Assembly (NCBI RefSeq): GCF_018350175.1
Contig: NC_058368.1
Coordinates: forward strand, 222,086,001 to 222,150,000
Direction of reading: 5' to 3'
DNA length: 64,000 nt
From: Felis catus
Taxonomy: Eukaryota
Both the position numbers and the translations under genes were made by a program. The first letter of the stretch is position 1; every line of letters begins with the position of its first letter. The notes below the pieces were generated by a model. That model saw only the letters and a list, made by a program, of their open reading frames with translations. It did not search any database and was not told the DNA's origin. Positions 63,629-64,000 of the stretch are shown piece by piece.

Positions 63629-63805
63629 TAGAACTAAAGTCAATCACCTAATATTTGTAGTATGTTCTTAATCCAGTATCACATTCTATGGCGCTTATGA
63701 GAAGAAGTTCCCTCAAGTAACATGAACTCCATTCATGGGTGTATTAATTTGCTATGGCTGTTATAACAAAAGACCACACACAGAGTGACTCAAATGACAT
63801 AAATT

Positions 63806-64000
63806 TTTAGTTTTCATTTTGTTTAAGTTTATATATTTACTTTGAGAAAGAGAACAAGCTGGGGGGGGGGGCGGGGCAGAGAGAGAGGAGTACAGGGGAT
63901 CTGAAGTGGACTCCGTACTGACAGCAGAGTCCGATGTGGGGCTTGAACTCACAAACCATGAGATTATGACCTGAGCTGAAGTCAGATACCTAACCAGCTG
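63806..64000 (-). mobile_element. SINEC (runs off the window end), inserted in an MLT1 LTR end (~63740-63805)
   Basis: Reverse SINE body; preceding tgtattaatttgctatggctgttataacaaaagaccac is an MLT1 terminus. Confidence 0.9.

Overview
AT-rich, gene-poor mammalian genomic DNA from a felid, judged by about 28 carnivore tRNA-derived SINEs (CanSINE/SINEC), several of them the young cat-type SINEC_Fc form. I recognise no host protein-coding gene, and almost all ORFs in the track are chance, SINE, microsatellite or L1 translations. Most of the window is transposon debris: SINEC, MIR, L2, L1 3' ends, MaLR and ERV1 LTRs, and MER5/MER58/Tigger DNA elements. Two viral fossils stand out. (1) At about 1545-4100 (+) is a ~2.5 kb decayed copy of the C-terminal half of a bornavirus L (RNA polymerase) gene, i.e. 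an endogenous bornavirus-like L element (EBLL). It was found by hand translation across frameshifts, giving more than a dozen collinear peptide matches to BoDV-1 L as recalled from memory. (2) At about 50190-52550 (+) is a decayed gamma-like (ERV1) pol (RT connection, RNase H, integrase) interrupted by a solo LTR. Repeat-poor, motif-rich blocks at about 44.1-45.3 kb and 48.0-48.5 kb may be enhancers. Repeat family names are by-eye assignments with approximate boundaries. No database searches were run.
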